The notes below the pieces were generated by a model. It was given only the letters and a program-made list of their open reading frames with translations, did no database searches and had not been told where the DNA came from. DNA of 53,628 bases. It comes from Prorocentrum cordatum. Its lineage: Eukaryota. Below are positions 49,181 to 53,628 of this stretch, piece after piece (positions within the stretch are counted from its first letter, which is position 1; each line of letters opens with the position of its first letter). The DNA lies in assembly GCA_963575745.1 (NCBI GenBank), contig CAUYUJ010000307.1:62001-115628 (forward strand), read 5' to 3'. A program made the position numbers and the translations under genes.

Positions 49181-49528
49181 GTTGGCGCCTATATGGGAGG
49201 ATGGCCCGGGGGCGCCCCCCAAATTCGCCCGGGCGGAGGCGCCCGGGCGCCTGCAGGGCGTCGACTTCACTGGAATCGAGCGCCTGCAGGCCTCAGGGGA
49301 CGGCTCAAAATGCGGTAGGCTTAGCCCAGCCATGCACCGAGCATTGGCGGGGCTTCCTAAGCCCCCCTTGGGCAAGGCACAGGGGGAGGTGAGTGCGGGC
49401 AAGACTCGACCCCCTTGCGAGGATCCGGCCAGAGATATCGCGGAGGACCTCGACGGGTGCAGCCCGGCGGAGCTGGCCACGGTCTACCTGACCTTCTGCA
49501 CGGAGCACCCTGAGTATGACCCCGAAGC

Positions 49529-51600
<2,072 letters not shown>

Positions 51601-51779
51601 GTACGCCAGCGGATGGCGGAGGCCGGATGGACCGAGCTGTCGCCGGCAGCTCCGTGGGGCGAACTGGTGGAGGAGGCCGCCCAGCGCGAGCTGCGGATGC
51701 CAGGAGACGACGGGCCCTGGCGCGCGGCTGCACTCCAAGTCATAGGAGCCCGGGAGGCCCTACCACGCTACGCCCCTCT

Positions 51780-52700
51780 GCAGGTCGAGGGGGCGCGGCT
51801 GCTGGAGGTGGGAACCGCGTGGCCCCCCTTTGGGGAGGCATGGGAGAGCCTCGGTGGGTCGGCGCTGCTAGCGCCGTGGGATGTCGGTGACCGATGGGAC
51901 CCGGACGACGGGGACCACCCCGAGGACCCCGCTGGGGCCCCGCTGACCCGCTGGCTGTGCGTGTCACTATCGGAGGACCCCGGTGGACGTGAAGCGACGG
52001 GCCTGGAGCGGCTACTGATCACCACTCGGCCACTGGCCGTGCTGCTCGACGCCCCCGTCAACTACGCTGCAGTGCGACTAGGGGCGCGCTTACGGCGCCT
52101 TGGCTATGTGGCACTCTCCCCAGAGACGCGCCAACTGTGCACGCACTTCGGCGACGTCACGGCACGCGCGCGGGCGGTCCAGGTTTGGGGTTGCGGGGAA
52201 CGGGTTCGGGCATCGGGCCCCGTACCCCCCCTGGGACAGCCCTGCGTGGAGCCACGCGGCCTCTGCCAGCTCTGGAAGGAGGCAGGGCGGCCACCGCTGG
52301 ATGAGCTCCGCCTGACCTCGACAACGGCACCTTGCTCGTGGACCCTCGGATCTCGACGACGGGGGATCGCATGATGCCTTGGCCGCGGGGCACATGGCAG
52401 CCCGCGGGAGGCGGGCGGGCCCAGCGCGTGGTGATTCATGATCCGCGCGGGCCCTGCCATACGGCACGGGCGACGCCCGACCCGTTGAAGGGCTATGCGA
52501 ACACCCTGATCCTGGAAGGGTCCGAGGGCGGCTGGACCGTGCGAGCCCTGCGCCCGAAAGAAATCTGGTGCGCCCAGGGGGGCGCGGCGGAGCTGTGGGA
52601 TGCCTTGGGCCTTGGAGGTATGCCGATCGCCGAGCGCATGCGGCAGGCCGCTCGTGCACTCCCGCGTCGCACGGCCCGCTGGGTGCTCCAGTGGGCGGAG
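51780..52700 (+). other. Second, degenerate C5-MTase-like fold lacking the catalytic PC
   Basis: RLLEVGTA (I-like), LCVSLSED (IV position, no PC), AVLLDAP (VI-like), LRRLGY, CTHFGDVTARARAV (VIII-like). After a frameshift at ~52315: HDPRGPCHT, VRALRPKEIWCAQGG (IX), AARALPRRTARWV (X-like). Confidence 0.6.
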
Positions 52701-53162
52701 CGCCTGCGGAGGCAGGCCGTAGAGGCAGCGAGCGCAAGCGAGGCACCCGGGGCGCGCGCGGGCGTCGGGCCCGATCACGACCGACTCGCTAATGACGAGA
52801 TGGTTAAGCTGTGGCTAAAGGCCTGGCTTCAGGCCCCCGATCGCCCTAGCGGGCCATTCGAGGCTGCGCTGGAGGCGGGGAAGACGACGGACGACGCCGC
52901 TCGGTTGGCGGACCAGCTCGACCCCCCTGCTACCGCGCGGTCCACCGCAGCAGGGATGGACGGGGCAGGCGGGGAGCGGGTCGGGGCGGTGACCTTCGCT
53001 GTTCCGGAAGGCGCGGGCATGCCCAGGCCAAGCGCCGTGGACGGCGTGGGCGGCGCGGCCCCACCCCCGCGCAAGGCCCGTCGGCGTACCCGCAGCGCCC
53101 CTGCTCCCGCGCTGGCGAAGCCCGCCGCCTGGCGGTGCGCCGGCGGGGGCGCCCCGAAAGGG

Positions 53163-53628
53163 ATTCAAGGTGAACTCACCGACACCCGCGAGCTGGATGC
53201 GACCGCCACCGAGGCGATGTTGGCCAAGCTTGCCGATGGGACGCGGGCCAATTACAGCGCCGGGTGGCGTAACTGGGTACTCTGGCGGAGGCTCCGAGGC
53301 CGGAGCCCATACCTGCAGGGGGAGACTCGGGACGCCCGCCTTACGGATGAGGATGACCTCATCCGGTATGTCGTGTTCCTGTACAAGGTGATGAAGAGGC
53401 GAGCCACGACCATCCGCCAGCGCCTGTTCGCCATTCGATATGCCCACACCCTGGCCGGGTTTGGGGATGTGACCTCCGATCGGCGCCGGCTCTGGACCAC
53501 GATCGAGGGACTCCGCCGCTGGGACGGAAAGGCGAAACGGAAGCTGCCGGCCACGCCCCGGATGTTGCGCTGGCTCCGAGAGTACGTGTTCGCCCACGGG
53601 ACGGCCACGCGCCGGGAGGCGACCATCC
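53163..53628 (+). CDS. Tyrosine recombinase N-terminal (core-binding) region, truncated by the window end
   Basis: Frame open from ~52320 to the end: LADGTRANYSAGWRNWVLW...DDLIRYVVFL...TTIRQRLFAIRYAH...IEGLRRWDGKAKRKLPATPRMLRWL. Confidence 0.85.
   Translation, partial: MQGELTDTRELDATATEAMLAKLADGTRANYSAGWRNWVLWRRLRGRSPYLQGETRDARLTDEDDLIRYVVFLYKVMKRRATTIRQRLFAIRYAHTLAGFGDVTSDRRRLWTTIEGLRRWDGKAKRKLPATPRMLRWLREYVFAHGTATRREATI

Overview
GC-rich eukaryotic DNA made almost entirely of mobile elements and microsatellites. The host is most likely a dinoflagellate (inference from relic DinoSL spliced-leader sequences at 2172-2195 and 42201-42241, and from GC/GA intron donors). From left to right: (1) a candidate ~19.5 kb DNA-transposon-like unit (~659-20202) bounded by inverted arrays of a ~22-bp-period CTGACGAG/CTCGTCAG motif. 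It carries an intron-containing DNMT5-type cytosine methyltransferase, an SL-marked zinc-finger retrogene and a ~1600-aa unknown multi-exon gene, but no recognisable transposase. (2) A relic tyrosine recombinase. (3) A large (GAT)n/(GAG)n tract interrupted by a full-length split-direct-repeat (A..B-A-B) tyrosine-recombinase (YR) retrotransposon (25395-31843; gag, RT, RNase H, YR, C5-MTase-like). (4) A decayed Copia element with a marked TG/CA-to-CG substitution pattern. (5) A second, much larger YR retrotransposon (42151 to the window end) with a membrane-type ORF1, CCCH finger, OTU-like protease, two C5-MTase folds, RT, RNase H and YR. All domain calls and exon models come from reading motifs by eye; no searches were run.
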